From the NCBI GenBank assembly GCA_951406725.2, contig OX597838.1, positions 31,620,001-31,684,000 on the forward strand: a stretch of 64,000 nucleotides of DNA, written 5' to 3'. The DNA comes from Octopus vulgaris. Lineage: Eukaryota. Below the pieces are notes generated by a model. The model ran no database searches and was not told where the DNA came from. It saw nothing but the letters and a program-made list of their open reading frames with translations. Below are positions 1-13,168 of the stretch, in pieces. Positions within the stretch are counted from its first letter, which is position 1; each line of letters starts with the position of its first letter. The position numbers and the translations under genes were made by a program.

Positions 1-745
1 CCCCCCTGGGGGGACATATTATGTCCACTCCTTCAGATCCTGCATTAACTGCAATGCCTAGTTCTTCTGCCACAGAACATTATCCCACTTGAATTTTCTT
101 CCTGCTCATATTTTCCCTGTAGCTTTCCCCTTGCAACTATTCTATGGGGAAAGCAGAACATTAACTGCGCCGATCTTGCCGTTTGTGTCCAGGGAGCAAT
201 GACAGTGGATATACATATATTAGGCAATGAGCAAAAAAAAAAAAAAAAAAAAAGAAGACAGTATGGGAGGGACAAGTTTGTTTAAATTAAAAAGAAAGGG
301 AAGTCTTGCTTTTTCAGAAAAAAATAAAATAATAAAAGAATGAGAAAAGGTGGTAGGAAAAATAAAAAAGAATGAGAAATGCTGGTTGGGGAAAAAAGGG
401 TGAATTAGGGAGCAGAGCCCCTTCTGCTAGACTATAAAAAAAAATAAATGAAACTGGTAGTGCTTCAGCATGGCCGCAGCCTCAAGGCTGAAGCATATAA
501 AAGAATAAACCCAAAACAATTCATTTTCAAAATAACTGACATTAGAAGAGCATTGTAGCTCTCTGTCTTCATTATTTTGTTAACTACGATGTTGTTGTTT
601 AACGTTCAGATCAGGGCTGTTCAAGCAGATCTGTGATCAGTGAGTGTTTCTGGTGAGACCATCTCATCATATTTTTCAATATGTTCTTTCCTTTTGAAGA
701 CAGAGTGTGATTTGTGGGGAGATTTGGCTACTATTCTATCAAATT

Positions 746-1129
746 GTGGAAGCACTCCGTCGGTTACGACGACGAGGGTTCCGGTTGATCCGAATCAACG
801 GAACAGCCTGCTCGTGAAATTAATGTGTAAGTGGCTGAGCACTCCACAGACACGTGTACCCTTAACGTAGTTCTCGGGGATATTCAGCGTGACACAGAGA
901 GTGACAAGGCCGGCCCATTGAAATACAGGTACAATAGAAACAGGAAGTAAGAGTGAGAGAAAGTTGTGGTGAAAGAGTACAGCAGGGATCACCACCATCC
1001 CCTGCCGGAGCCTCGTGGAGCTTTAGGTGTTTTCGGTCAATAAACACTCACAACGCCCAGTCTGGGAATCGAAACCGCGATTCTATGACCGCGAGTCCGC
1101 TGCCCTAACCACTGGGCCATTGCGCCTCC
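746..1129 (-). mobile_element. tRNA-derived SINE (family C), full length
   Basis: Minus-strand tRNA head with A box (TGGCCCAGTGG) and B box (GTTTCGATTCC); 16-bp TSD ACTATTCTATCAAATT at 730-745 and 1130-1145; 3' half is homologous to the units at 26344-27172. Confidence 0.9.
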
Positions 1130-1761
1130 ACTATTCTATCAAATTAAACTGGTGTTTAGAAAATTACATTACAAAAGATACATTTTACTTATCGAATCCT
1201 TTGAATAACAAAACATTTTACCCTTTCATTGGTTTCAGTACTGGATTGCAACGATGCTGGGGCACAGTAGGCAAGGAATCTGCTCAATCACTTTAACCTC
1301 GGTACTTTATCTAGCTGTCATTTTATTGAATCACTAAGTTTACCAGAGTCACACCCTTGCAGGGAGTTATCTCCTTCTTCACAAACTTAAATATGATAAG
1401 GTAGTTATACTGGTATGCACACACACACACACATGTAATAAATGGTTTTCTCTGTGTTGGTCTTCATTGACAGAAATTATTCAGTGAAATTGATAACTTT
1501 GGATAAGTTTGTATGCAAAGAAGCATCTGATGCTTTAGGAGTATGTGTGTATATGATAGGCTTCTACACAGTTTCCGTTACCAAATGTCATTCATAAGGC
1601 ATTGGTCAATTGCAGTCTAAATGAATAAACTCAAAAGTGCTGTGCTGTGTATTGGAACCAGAGTTATGTGATTGTGAAGCAAATTTCTTTCCCACTCGGC
1701 CATGCCATTACCCATTTTGATCAAGATTTTAATTTAAATGTGAGCTTTTAAATGTCTTTAA

Positions 1762-1982
1762 CCATTTAGTGTTCACATTATTCTACCCAAATTAATTCTT
1801 TTTCATCCACTTTGTTTTGAACTAATCATGGATTATCTTGTAGCCATGAGATTTTGATGAGGTAGCTGTTAATTTTTAAAACGATATTGTAGGGTTGGTG
1901 TGAGAGACCAGATCTGGCCAGTTTGAACATAAAACAGGCAGAATACTTTTGGCTGGATATGGCCAGTTTAAATGCTAAAGAG
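1762..1982. mobile_element. TTAA-flanked MITE family 1 (piggyBac-like)
   Basis: TTAA on both sides, CC(A/C)TTTAG...CTAAAG(A/G)G termini; close copy at 11662-11882. Confidence 0.8.
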
Positions 1983-2727
1983 TTAAATTGTGAACATCAT
2001 TTAAACCCTAACTCTAAAGACATCATGACCACATTAAAGCTGGAATAACGATAAACATTTGGTTAGTCAGCTGTTTCTGGGTTAAAACAGAATTATGAAA
2101 ACATTTTACTTTAAGAAGTATTGCAACAATTTGGAATACTGAGATTTGAAATCACCGTGTTATAGTTTGCAGTGTTAAACGGATTAACTTAGTCTCGTGA
2201 TCATGCAGTAAACACAACTGATAGAATAATGAACTTAATGAGTGAACTCATCTTTAAAATTGGAGTCATATTTCCGATAATGAAACTAATTACTCCCATG
2301 TTCGTTATTCAGGTGAGTTTTAATTCACTAAATCAAATGTTGCTTTTAAAGTGATCATCTGCAGCCTCCTCTTGTTTATTCTCTTATTTCCATTGGGCTG
2401 TTGCTACTTCCACTGTAATTATTCAATCACCATATCTGATGTTTTAATGGTTAACATCAACTACCATTATTGTCGCTGCTGCTGTTGTTGTTGTTGTTTT
2501 CCTCACTTACTTGCTGATTATCGAGACCATAGTGTTCTGTCATTAGACTGCTTTAAGATTTTTGGCAAATTAATAATTATATTGTGATTATTCCTCATAT
2601 CTACCTAATTGTTCTGCTCAGTAAATTAAGTTGTTGTTGTTATAACTTTCATCATTACTGCTTCATTAAGAGCTTTCAGCTAATCTGTTAACTACTATTA
2701 TTTTCTTCATCATCATCATCTTCATCA

Positions 2728-2773
<46 letters not shown>

Positions 2774-3340
2774 TACAGCGTTAAATATTTCTTTCAGTGA
2801 AACTGTTAATATTGAATTGGCTATGATTATTTAATTTAACCTTTTTTTTATGGCACTAAATTAGTGACATTATGATTTCTAAATGCTAATTTTGGCAATG
2901 TGATGCCTCACCATTTTCTACTGATTACTTGACATTATCAAACATGGAGTAGTGGAACCGTATAGCAGCTGAAGACAAATGTTTATATTTTTCTTCTTTA
3001 CTTGTCAGGAAGGAAAGTAATAAATTCTTCATGCTGTTGGAATCTAACTGTTACAAATAAAAACATCTTCATTTACTAATAAACATTTCTATTTGCAATG
3101 CTGTGTTTTTGTATTAATTGATAAGACCAAAAAAATTACATCACCTGATATAAACTGGTTTTCTGCTTTCATAAAAACCTTTTAATGACTATTTTTAATG
3201 AAATAATGAAATACACTGCCTGTATGTTTGAATTGCTTTAAAGATAATGAAGAATTTAAAGAGACTTAGTAAAATTTGAAGAAATTTAGTAAAATAACTA
3301 AATTCTTCATCTTCAGCTGCTGTTTTGAACATAACTTAAA

Positions 3341-3850
3341 TCTCTATATATAAAACTCTAGTTGTGTGAGTGTCTGTCCCCTTCGATTTAGATTCCTAAC
3401 TCCTCCCACTTTTTGCGATGCAGTTTAACCAAATTCGGGTATCTTATAGTCGTGATTCATATCGAGCCCGTCTGGCTATTAGCGCGCGTCAACGATGAGT
3501 CTATGATTTTAAAAATAATTTAACATCATTTTTTATTCCATTTTAATGCATAATTTTTCGTGTGTCGATGGCGGCGGAGTTGGCGTCCACGCTCACAGCT
3601 GCACCTGTTTGCTTCTCCCCCTTCCCTCCCTCGTGAAGCTGTGGGGAAGGGAGTGTAAAGAAATCAACGTCGTAATGCGTTGTCAAGGAGACCAGCGTTC
3701 TTTTAGAACAACGACTTCATGGCTTGAAGACACCAAAACAGAAATGGCTAAGAAAGCCCGAATTGGCATCTATAAGGGAAGTAACTCTCTAAAAATGCTT
3801 ATATAGTTATTTCCCTTACAAACCCGAGCAACGCCGGGCGATACTGCTAG
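3341..3850 (+). mobile_element. Non-autonomous Helitron
   Basis: 5' TCTCTATATATAAAA; 3' CCCGAGCAACGCCGGG hairpin then ATACTGCTAG; inserted between A and T with no TSD. Confidence 0.85.
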
Positions 3851-4170
3851 TCTTTATATAAAATTATACTGGGCGGTTTTAATTTAAATATGAACCCTGT
3901 AAAAGAGGAAATTTTATATCATTGAACCAGAATTGATCCTAGGTAGGTCGGTATCATCAGAGTTGCCTTAGTAACAAAATATGATTTCATTGCAAAGGCA
4001 AAAATGTTTTTTGGAATATTTGTTTCCCAGGGTTTCCTTCACTTTAGATACACACTCCAGTCATTTGTTCAAGTATTTTCATGGCAACTTTTAAAGTCTA
4101 TGAAAGTTGCAATATTGTTACTGCACGCATTGAATTATGGAACAAGTTCCTCTTGGAAAATTACTACATA

Positions 4171-4567
4171 GGCGCAGGAGTGGCTGTGTGGTAAGTAGCT
4201 AACCAACCACATGGTTCCGGGTTCAGTCCCACTGCGTGGCATCTTGGGCAAGTGTCTTCTGCTATAGCCCCGGGCCGACCAATGCCTTGTGAGTGGATTT
4301 GGTAGACAGAAACTGAAAGAAGCCCGTCGTATATATGTATATATATATGTGTGTGTGTGTGTTTGTGTATCTGTGTTTGTCCCCCTAGCATTGCTTGACA
4401 ACCGATGCTGGTGTGTTTACGTCCCCGTCACTTAGCGGTTCGGCAAAAGAGACCGATAGAATAAGTACTGGGCTTACAAAAGAATAAGTCCCGGGGTCGA
4501 TTTGTTCGACTAAAGGCGTTGCTCAAGCATGGCCGCACTCAAATGACTGAAACAAGTAAAGAGAGTA
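4171..4567 (+). mobile_element. tRNA-derived SINE family A with internal (TA)n(TG)n tract
   Basis: Head GGCGCAGGAGTGGCTGTGTGG...GGTTCAGTCCC, CTTGGGCAAGTG core, internal microsatellite, ACTGAAACAAGTAAA tail; more than 10 copies in the window. Confidence 0.9.
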
Positions 4568-4635
4568 TCTGTAAATCTTACAACGAGAGATATTCAGCAA
4601 CAGTACTTTGGAGTAAAGATTGTTTGCTAACATAC

Positions 4636-4831
4636 ATAATATGACAGTCCTGGTTTAGGACGAATGTTACTGTAATTTAGCCCCAGGAGACATCGTCTCC
4701 AGCTGGCTGTATGACACAATCTGTGTTCGAAAATATAAGGACACAGATCATGTCGTATAGCCAGCTGGCGATGATGTCTCCTGGGGCTAAATTGCAGCAA
4801 CATTCGTCCTGAACCAGGACTGCCATGTTAT
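4636..4831. mobile_element. Fold-back (near-perfect palindromic) MITE-like element
   Basis: Two ~90-bp inverted arms separated by a ~10-nt loop (GAAAATATAA). Confidence 0.8.
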
Positions 4832-6709
4832 TTTATTTATTTTTTTTTTGTTTATTTTATCTAGTTTCAGCTCATGAGCTGTGGCCATGCTGGGGCACCA
4901 CCATTTATTCCAAGTTCCTCTTGGTTTGCTCACTTGAACAAAAGTTGCATACACACACACACACACACACACACAAATATATATATATATGGGCTGGTGA
5001 TATTCCAGACATCCAATCCATTAGACAGACATGTGTTCTTTTGCTTGTAAAACTCTGAGTAATGGCCATATGCATGACATCAGCTGTCTGCATACAAATA
5101 CAGACTCTACATAATATATTGTATGCTCTTTACTTTGTACACTGACATGTTTGAAATATCTTCACTATGTGAGATAGTAGATGTTTGACCACAGACTACA
5201 TATGTCTATGAAGCGATCAGTGAGGGCCTCTCTGAAATGGAAACCAGAGGTGAAGTAGACTTGTCAAGATTTGATGGAGGACTATAGAGCAGGACCTGGC
5301 AAATATGAGGGGTTTTTTTTATCCTATCCATATCACTGGAGTTGTGTTCTAATGACTAAAATGACTTTACCACATTGCAATTGGTAATGTGAAATGTCAG
5401 ATGGGGAAATGTTATTCTCAATTTCTTTAATGACAAAGTTATCTCAGATAAATGTGATTAAATTAATCTTTACATAAATCACAGAGATTTGGAGTGATGG
5501 TTTTTTTGTTTTTTTTTACTCTGGTTTTTGTGATGTTAAACAGATGAGATACAGTCCAATCGAGTAGAGGGTACTTATTGCTTTCAGGTGAATTCCCTTG
5601 AAGAGTATTATTTTACACTCACACATAGGCTGAATGAAATGAAACTAGCAAACAAGGGAGATTGCATGTAGTTGATCAACCTAGTAGAAAATCAGCCAAA
5701 ATATCCAGTGAAATCATGTCTGGATAATGTAGTCCTGCATACTCTTTGATATGGATGGTGGTCATGACTGGAGTGCTTTTTGATAGTAAATCCAAGACAG
5801 ATTCAAGGCTAAACTATAAGATAAGGGGAATTGGTTGAGTCAACATAGATCATAAATTCAAATTAACCAGAGACATTTTCATTATGTCCCTATGCAGAAC
5901 ACATTGCCTACGTCCACCTAAATTTATTGATGGAAGTTATTTAATTCACTTCTATTCATCAGTATTTTGAATGAAACATAGTTCAGTTTCAAACCCTTAA
6001 CATGTTAAATAATCACAGAGTGCAGAAAGCTTTTCTGTCTGATATTAGGAAATCAAATAGAAGTTTCTGTTTGAGAAGCATTTAAATCTTTTATTGGATA
6101 ATAAAATGCAATAATCTTCAGCCGAGGTGATAAAACTTAAACAATTTTAGCATCAGTTGTTGATAGCAGCTTCACATTTTCTAATATTTTCAGTATATTG
6201 GTTCTCTCTCTCTCTCTCTCTCACTCTCTCTCTCTCTCTCACTCTCTCTCTCTTTCTCTCTCTCATTTTACAACTAGTACTATGTGTAATACTTGTTACA
6301 GCTGCTGAAATACAGAAGCTATATGGCATCTATCAAGACCTTTCAAAGGAACGGTGGTAATTTAGGTATTAAAGAAGAAATACTTAATTAGTTGTCTGCA
6401 ACTGCAGATTAACAATTGCCATGAGCTGGTTTATTGCATGATTTAAATATCTCAGTGCACACACTTCCTGCCATGCTGCGTAATTTCTGTACATGTCATA
6501 ACAGTTTTGGCGTCATTCACAGTTAATTGCACATTTAACCATTTCTTTGTTCAACATTAGAGGTTTCTTAAAGTTGAAATATTGAAGAAATTCCTGTGTT
6601 TTTCTTTGTTTTTTTTTTCAAGTTCACTTTGTAAGATTGATTTTAATGCTTTTTTAAAAATATATATTTCAACTAAATTACAATAACTTAATTTGAATTA
6701 TATATTCTA

Positions 6710-7095
6710 CTAGCAGTATCGCCCGGCGTTGCTCAGGTTTGTAAGGGAAATAACTATAAAGCATTTTTAGAGAGTTATAGCCAAAAAATAGCAAAAAAAT
6801 GGAAAAAAATGATGGCAAATTTTTTTTTGATAGTTAAAAAAGGTGGAGTTGCGTCCCCTACACAGTTTGTGGTTTGTGTTCCTGATTCTCGACCCCATGT
6901 CGAATTTATCAATTTTTTTTCAGAACTGGGGGAACTTTTCAAAATTTTCGCTGCGTTAGTTTTGAATTATGACATTGGGCTATGTGTGTGTCAAGTTTCA
7001 TCAGAATCGGTTGAAAGCCGTGGTCAGGGTCAGGGTACAAGCAAACAGACACACAGAAACACGCACAGACAAACTGCCGTTTATATATAGAGAGA
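6710..7095 (-). mobile_element. Non-autonomous Helitron
   Basis: Minus strand begins TCTCTCTATATATAAAC and ends GCAACGCCGGGCGATACTGCTAG. Confidence 0.85.
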
Positions 7096-7283
7096 TTAAC
7101 ATGTTGTTGCTTAGCCATACGTCAGCCCTAAGTTGGTAAATCTATTGTGAAAGGCAATTCAGTCATGACTATTCTGCTGTGTTATCCAATTTGAGATTCC
7201 CTTGTTGGTTTATCAATCTTTGTTTGTGTATTGTTGTTGTTTAGCCAAGAGCAAGAAATAATTCAGCAGACCTATGATGAAAA

Positions 7284-7502
7284 GGTGGCGAGCCGGCAGA
7301 AACGTTAGCACGCTGGGCGAAATGCTTAGCGGTATTTCATCTGCCGTTACGTTCTGAGTTCAAATTATGCTGAGGTCGACTTTGCCTTTCGTCCTTTTGG
7401 GGGTTGATAAATTAAGTACCAGTTACGCACTGGGGGTGATGTAATTTGCCTGTCCTTGTTTGTCCCCTCTATGTTTAGCCCCTTGTGGGCAGTAAAGAAA
7501 TA
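7284..7502 (+). mobile_element. tRNA-derived SINE family B (MetaSINE-like core)
   Basis: GGCGAGC...GTTCAAAT head, GTCGACTTTGCCTTTC...GATAAATTAAGTACCAG core; 18-bp TSD AGACCTATGATGAAAAGG. Confidence 0.9.
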
Positions 7503-7787
7503 AGACCTATGATGAAAAGGGTTTCAACTGTGACCATTCCACTATTCCTATTTTTTCTGAAATTGTGTGTCTTGAACCGTATTATCAGATGTGTAATTTC
7601 TTTTCTAAGACTATGAGATGTGATTTGAGGGATATTTTGTTTCTATTTCTATTAGGTTGAACTACCACATAGAACAGTAGTAGTAGTTGTCAACCTTTTT
7701 AATATCTGGGCCAAATCCAAAACCTCGATTCTTTTTTTTTTTTTTTTAGGGAGCCATGCAAAAAAAAAAAAAAAATTTTTTTTTTAA

Positions 7788-8007
7788 TCCTTTAGCATTT
7801 AAACTGACTATATCCAACCAGAATATTCTACCTGTTTTATGTTCAAACCAGCTAGATCTGGTTTCTCACTCCTATCCTACAATATCAATCTAAATATGTA
7901 CAATCATATCTTCAAAATCTCAAAGTTATGAGATAATACATGATTAAGTGAAAGAAATATGAATAAATAAACATTACATTTGGCAGAATAATTTGAACAT
8001 GAAAGGG
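7788..8007. mobile_element. TTAA MITE family 1, reverse orientation
   Basis: Diverged reverse-complement homolog of 11662-11882 with TTAA flanks. Confidence 0.7.
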
Positions 8008-8447
8008 TTAAACACACAATTTATATTTAAAGAGGGAAGACTGTCAGGGGCCGCTTGAAGGATGCTTGAGGGCTGCATACTTCTTTCATTGGTTTGTGTG
8101 TATGTGTAGTTTTGCTCAGTAGTAATCAGTATATAGTTTCTTTTGAACCCCATAACTTTAGATTATCAAATACATGAAAGGCAGGGAGTAGTTCTGAAGA
8201 TCCTCATTTTGAAGTAGCATATCTAGAGTAATGCAGCCTTGATGTGGTCTATCTTTATCCACCCACAAAATTTAAATTTAGCAGGAAACATTTGTCAATT
8301 AGTCAATATTCCTGCTGCTTATACAGTTTTGGGCTCCTGCTGTGATCATTCTGTTTTTATTGTTGGGTAGGTGCCTTTAGATTTGGGATCCCTAGCTTTA
8401 AAATAATAGGAAGTTTGTAAAGGAAGTTGATTTGGCTGCTATATTAA

Positions 8448-8678
8448 GGCGGCGAGCTGGCAGAAACTTTAGCACGCCGGGCGAAATGCGTAGCCGTATT
8501 TCGTCTGTCATTACGTTCTGAGTTCAAATTCCGCCGAGGTTGACTTTGCCTTTCATCCTTTCAGGGTCGATAAATAAAGTACCAGTTTCGCACTGGGGTC
8601 GATGTAATCAACTTAAACCCTTTGTCTATTCTTGTTTGTCTCCTCTATGTTTAGCCCCTTGTGGGCAATAAAGAAATA
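8448..8678 (+). mobile_element. SINE family B
   Basis: Full-length match to the other family-B copies. Confidence 0.9.
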
Positions 8679-9733
8679 TATATTCAACCAGTCAGATGAT
8701 AGCACAGAAACACCTATTCATGCCTTTTGGTTTAAAGAATTTATAACTTTCCTAAGCTTTATGAATAACTGTGATAGGTATATGAAATATTGCCCCAGAA
8801 TCACGTGTAATATAACTCTGTCTTATTACTCTTCCAATTCGTTCTAGAGAATGGTAAAAACTAAAACCAAGATTGTTTCTTTGACATTATTGAAATCTTG
8901 AATATTTCTTGCAAAATTGGTTGCTTGCAAGAAATATTGGAATTGATCTTTTACAGCTGAATGCTTCTTCCTAAAACCAATTGCCCAACCATAACAATAG
9001 GTTTTATTAATAATTTATTTCACATCCATTTCTTAATGTTATTATTGAAGGATGAAGATGGGGGAAATGTGTGTTTCAGTCTTTTGGTTTTTGCAAATTT
9101 GGACATTTGCTTATAAATCTTGAGAGCAAATTTTATATTTTTGTTTTATGATTTGTAACAGTTGGCTACCTTTCCAACAACTGTTAACCTCTCAACCATG
9201 AAGTGTGAGTGCTACTTATTCTTTGGATAGACTGAGAGAGACAAGTGGAGTAATATGTATTCACTTGAGCACAACATGATGTAATTCTTGACTTTCTGGT
9301 TTTGTGCACAATGGCCCAACCCAGAGCTATACTCTCTCTCTCTCTCTCTCTCTTCTGTCTGCCTGTCAGTCTCTCTTTGTTCTTCTCCTTCTCTTTCTCT
9401 CTTCTTGAAATGGGAGAAAAGAATCGTTTTCATAAATACAATATAGAATACCAAACTTTAATTGCAGTTGAACTTTTTCCCTATCTTTACATTGAACAAA
9501 TATAAAAAAAATCTCATCACAATTTGAGTGCTGCATTCAAGGATTTACTCAAACAAGTAAAATATATATAGGAAGAGAGTTGGGAGTCAGAGACTAGATT
9601 ATTTTAAGCTTTGATGGTGTGAAACAGCTCTTGCATATTTTCAGAGCTTCAGGTTGTAAGTAACCAATTTCTTTGTCAAATGTTCTGATGTTTTGTACTT
9701 TAGATCCAAATTACTGCATTTGATATGTGTATT

Positions 9734-10020
9734 AACACATCTGATATCTATGTCCCAACAACTGATATCTGTATCATAATATTTGATACCTGCATCTCAA
9801 TATTTGATAACAGTTATATATCTATATCATAACATTTGATATCAATATTCCAACATTTGATATCTACATCATAACTTTTAATAGTTGTATTCCAACATCT
9901 GATATCTAATAGTTGTATTCCAACATCTGATATCTATATCTCAATATTTGATATCTATATCCTACCATTTGATACCCATATCCCAAACCTTCCATCTATA
10001 GCCCAACATTTGACATCCAT
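9734..10020. repeat. Degenerate ~21-bp minisatellite (AACATTTGATATCTATATCCC-like), about 13 units
   Basis: AAYATYTGATA recurs at about 21-bp spacing. Confidence 0.8.
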
Positions 10021-10666
10021 GTCGTTTCTTTCCTTCCTCTTGAATAAAAAGAACTTCAAGAACAAGTCACCTCTTGCAAAGGTCTGAATCGGAATTTTAA
10101 TTTCTAACCTTGTTAGCAGCCAATTACTGATGCACTTACTGACCTCTGTGCCAGCTCAGCTGTTTTTCCGTTGAGTGCATAGATCTGCAAGCTGCCGACG
10201 TTGAAATAGCTGCAGTCTGACAACCACTGTGGAGTCTCTCTCTCTCTCTCCTTTTCTCTGACTATTCCGTGCACTGCTCATATTCTGACTGCATCATCAA
10301 TCCTAATGAGACGGTGTTAAATGTAACGCTAATTATATTAGTTGACAGTTTGAGATGTAGCTGTGTGTCTCTTGTGTGGGATTCAGCTTCAGAAACACAA
10401 CTGATTTGGCTGTGAATTATTGATCTGAAGACTCTTTAAACCCGCCATTAGCTTTGTCAGCATCACCTTGTCTGGGAGAACTTGTATCAAAACATTCAAA
10501 ATTACAAACCTTGCCACAAACCTGAACCAATCCTTTTATGTTGTTGCACCTTTTCATTTAAAAAGGAAATGGTGCAACAACAACACATCCACACAAGTAC
10601 ACACAAATAAAATACGTGAAAGTCCATGGCTCAGTGGTTAGGGTGTTGCACTCAAGGTTGCAAGAT

Positions 10667-11078
10667 TCTTTTATTCTTTTACTTGTTTCAGTCATTTTTG
10701 ACTGTGGCCATGCTGGAGCACCGTCTTTTTTAGTCGAAGAAATCAACCCCTGGACTTAATCGTTGTAAGCTTGGTATTTATTCTATTGGTCTCTTTTGCC
10801 AAACCATTAAGTTATGGAGACCTAAACACACCAACATCAGTTGTCAAGCGATGGTGGGGGGACAAACAGACACAAACACACAAATATATACATTAAATAT
10901 ATATATATATATATATCTCCTACAATCTTCTTTCAGTTTCTGTCTACCAAATCCACTCACAAGGCTTTGGTTGGCCTGAGACTATAGCACAAGATACTTG
11001 CCCAAGGTGCCATGCAGTGGGACTGAACCCAGAACCATGTGGTTAGGAAGCAAGCTTCTTACTACACAGCCACACCTA
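10667..11078 (-). mobile_element. SINE family A inserted into an older + strand tRNA-head SINE (10625-10665 and 11079-11205)
   Basis: Reverse-complement family-A match; flanks join into TGGCTCAGTGGTTAGGG...TTGAGCAAAAACACTT...GTCCATTCAGCTG. Confidence 0.8.
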
Positions 11079-11479
11079 TGAATTCAATTCTGAAACCAGA
11101 GGTGCATTGTGTTCTTGAGCAAAAACACTTCCTTTCATGTTGCTGCAGTCCATTCAGCTGTAAATGGGTGACCCCTGTGACATATTGGCATTCTGTTCAA
11201 GGGGGTTGTTGGACTGCCTTCCTAGCCAGGAGGGTGGCATCATTCAAAAGCTACAATGCAAGGAAGCAGACTGTGACTGCATCTAATAATCTAGTCCATA
11301 TGGGACTCACAGAGGGGATGACAGGGGACCAAGACTCCTGGCAGTTTGTTGTACTTGAAAAGACATGACAAGCTAAGTAAAATCGTGGTTGTCCTTGCAT
11401 ACCGACTCGTTCCCTTGCATCCCTCTTCAGCTGAACATCTCTAATTTCACAGGCTTATAGATGCAAGGTACCATGTGAA

Positions 11480-11657
11480 AAGCACCTGTACCAGTGCTGT
11501 GTAAAAGCACCCAGTACACTCTTTAAAGTGGTTGGTATTAGGAAGGGCATCCAGCCATAGAAACCATGCCAAAACAGACAACTGGAGCTAGACACAGCCC
11601 CACAGCTGGTCAACTCCTATCAAACCATCCAACCCGTGCCAGCATGGAAAACAGACA
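11480..11657 (+). mobile_element. Old SINE/RTE-related repeat with AGGAAGGGCATCCAGCC motif
   Basis: Homologs at ~41850-41975, ~56040-56185 and ~61545-61630. Confidence 0.65.
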
Positions 11658-11661
11658 TTAA

Positions 11662-11882
11662 CCCTTTAGTGTTTGCATTATTCTACCAAAATTAATGCTT
11701 CTTCATCCACATTCTTTTGAATTGATCATGCATTATCTTGCAACTATGAGATTTTGACGAGGTAGCTGTTAATTTTTTAAAAGATATTGTAGGGTTGGTG
11801 TGAGAGACCAGATATGGCTAGTTTGAACATAAAACAGGCAGAATACTTTTGGCTGGATATGGCTGGTTTAAATGCTAAAGGG
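11662..11882. mobile_element. TTAA MITE family 1
   Basis: TTAA|CCCTTTAG...CTAAAGGG|TTAA. Confidence 0.85.
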
Positions 11883-12168
11883 TTAAACAATGATGGCTTA
11901 GTCAGGGAGGGGGTGGGGGAAGGACAGCCTGCATCAAATCTTGCAACTGCAGATTGTGCCAAAAAGGCCATTTCTGCTCAACCTGTGAGAAATGGCAGGT
12001 GGGTCTCTCTTAAATGACATTCTGCTGTTACGACAATAGTGGTACTCATGGGTTAATGTAGTCCTGGTTAGAAGTACAGGACATGATACTATGCCAATGC
12101 TGAAATATGAACCTGCAGCACTTCAGTTGAAATACCAATGCTTTATGCATTCAGCCATTGTAACACCT

Positions 12169-12604
12169 CGGTTCTTGGTCTCAAGCATTTGTCTTATGAA
12201 GAAAGGCTGAAGACGCTCGACCTTTGTTCTCTAGAAAAACAACGACGCCGTGGTGATCTCATTCTTGCTCACAACATCATAAGCGGAAAGTTTAACCTCT
12301 CGAAAGAGCTGTTCTTCACTCCTGCTCCAGAGCATCGGCTCCGGGGTCACTCCGCAAAGCTCTATCTGCGACGATTTCATCTCAATCGAAGGAGAGGAGT
12401 TTTCTCCGTCCAGGTTGCGGATCCGTGGAATAAGCTGCTGGACGAGATAGTGAAGATGCCGATGACCGCTCGGTTCAAAGTCTCCCTTGACCAGAAATGG
12501 TCTGAACTCTTTGCATGAACACCACCCTGTACATAACTCCATGTCCCCCTACATGGCCTTGCTTTTTGCTTTTTGAGCCAAAAAATTAACTTAACTTAAC
12601 TTAC
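12169..12604 (+). mobile_element. 5'-truncated CR1-clade LINE (ORF2 C-terminus, 3' UTR and tail)
   Basis: Peptide GLKHLSYEERLKTLDL..LEKQRRRGDLI...LRGHS..L...F...V.DPWNKL is typical of the CR1 ORF2 end; stop at 12518; (TTAAC)n tail. Confidence 0.9.
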
Positions 12605-13168
12605 AAACTAGAGCTTTTTATTTTGGCTCCAGATGGGTATAGCTTAGGGATGCATATCGCAAGTAAAATGCATGTGTGTGAGTGATCCACAGGAACCAGT
12701 AAAGAAAAAAACCCTTTAGATACTTGCCCAATCTGTCAGAAAAATGCTTAAAAAGAGATTGGCACATTGGATGTGATGTAAGATATAAGCAGGTCATAGA
12801 GCATCTTTGATCACTGGGGAAATGAAGAATTGGAGGAAAGTAGAGATTGGTGTGTGGAAGTAAATACAAACAGTTAATATCTTTTACTTGTTTCAGTCAG
12901 TGGACTATGGCCATGCTGGGGCACTGCCTTGAAGAGTTTTAGTTAAGTAAATCGACATCAGTGCTTAGTTTTTGTAACACTTGTACTTATTGGCATCTTT
13001 CTGTTTTGAATATATTTATTTTCTTGTGAGAAGGAAAACTGGAAGTTCAACATTTCGAGTAGAAGCATTCGTCAGATTGAAACGGAAAGTTTACTGATGG
13101 TATTAGATGATAAATACACTGGATGTAGTGTGTGTGTGTGTGTGTGTGTGAAGGAGAGACTGACAGAC

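Noticed and set aside
1-275. Possible exon at the window start (+ PLGGHIMSTPSDP...*, or a minus acceptor near 143)
   Set aside because: Short, truncated by the window edge, ambiguous strand, no motif
1055-1129. tRNA-like sequence
   Set aside because: SINE head: continues into the SINE body, is flanked by a TSD and lacks a complete cloverleaf
4135-4401. Recurrent ORFs MSSNARGTNTDTQ... and MLGGQTQ... (also at 27390, 37764, 41303, 45369 and 59651)
   Set aside because: Antisense translations of SINE family A, not a gene family
6302-6356. Candidate + exon MASIKTFQRNG|gtaatt
   Set aside because: Weak donor and little supporting context; indistinguishable from chance
9734-10020. 21-bp repeat as a 7-aa coding repeat
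   Set aside because: Unit-length indels break the frame and stops occur
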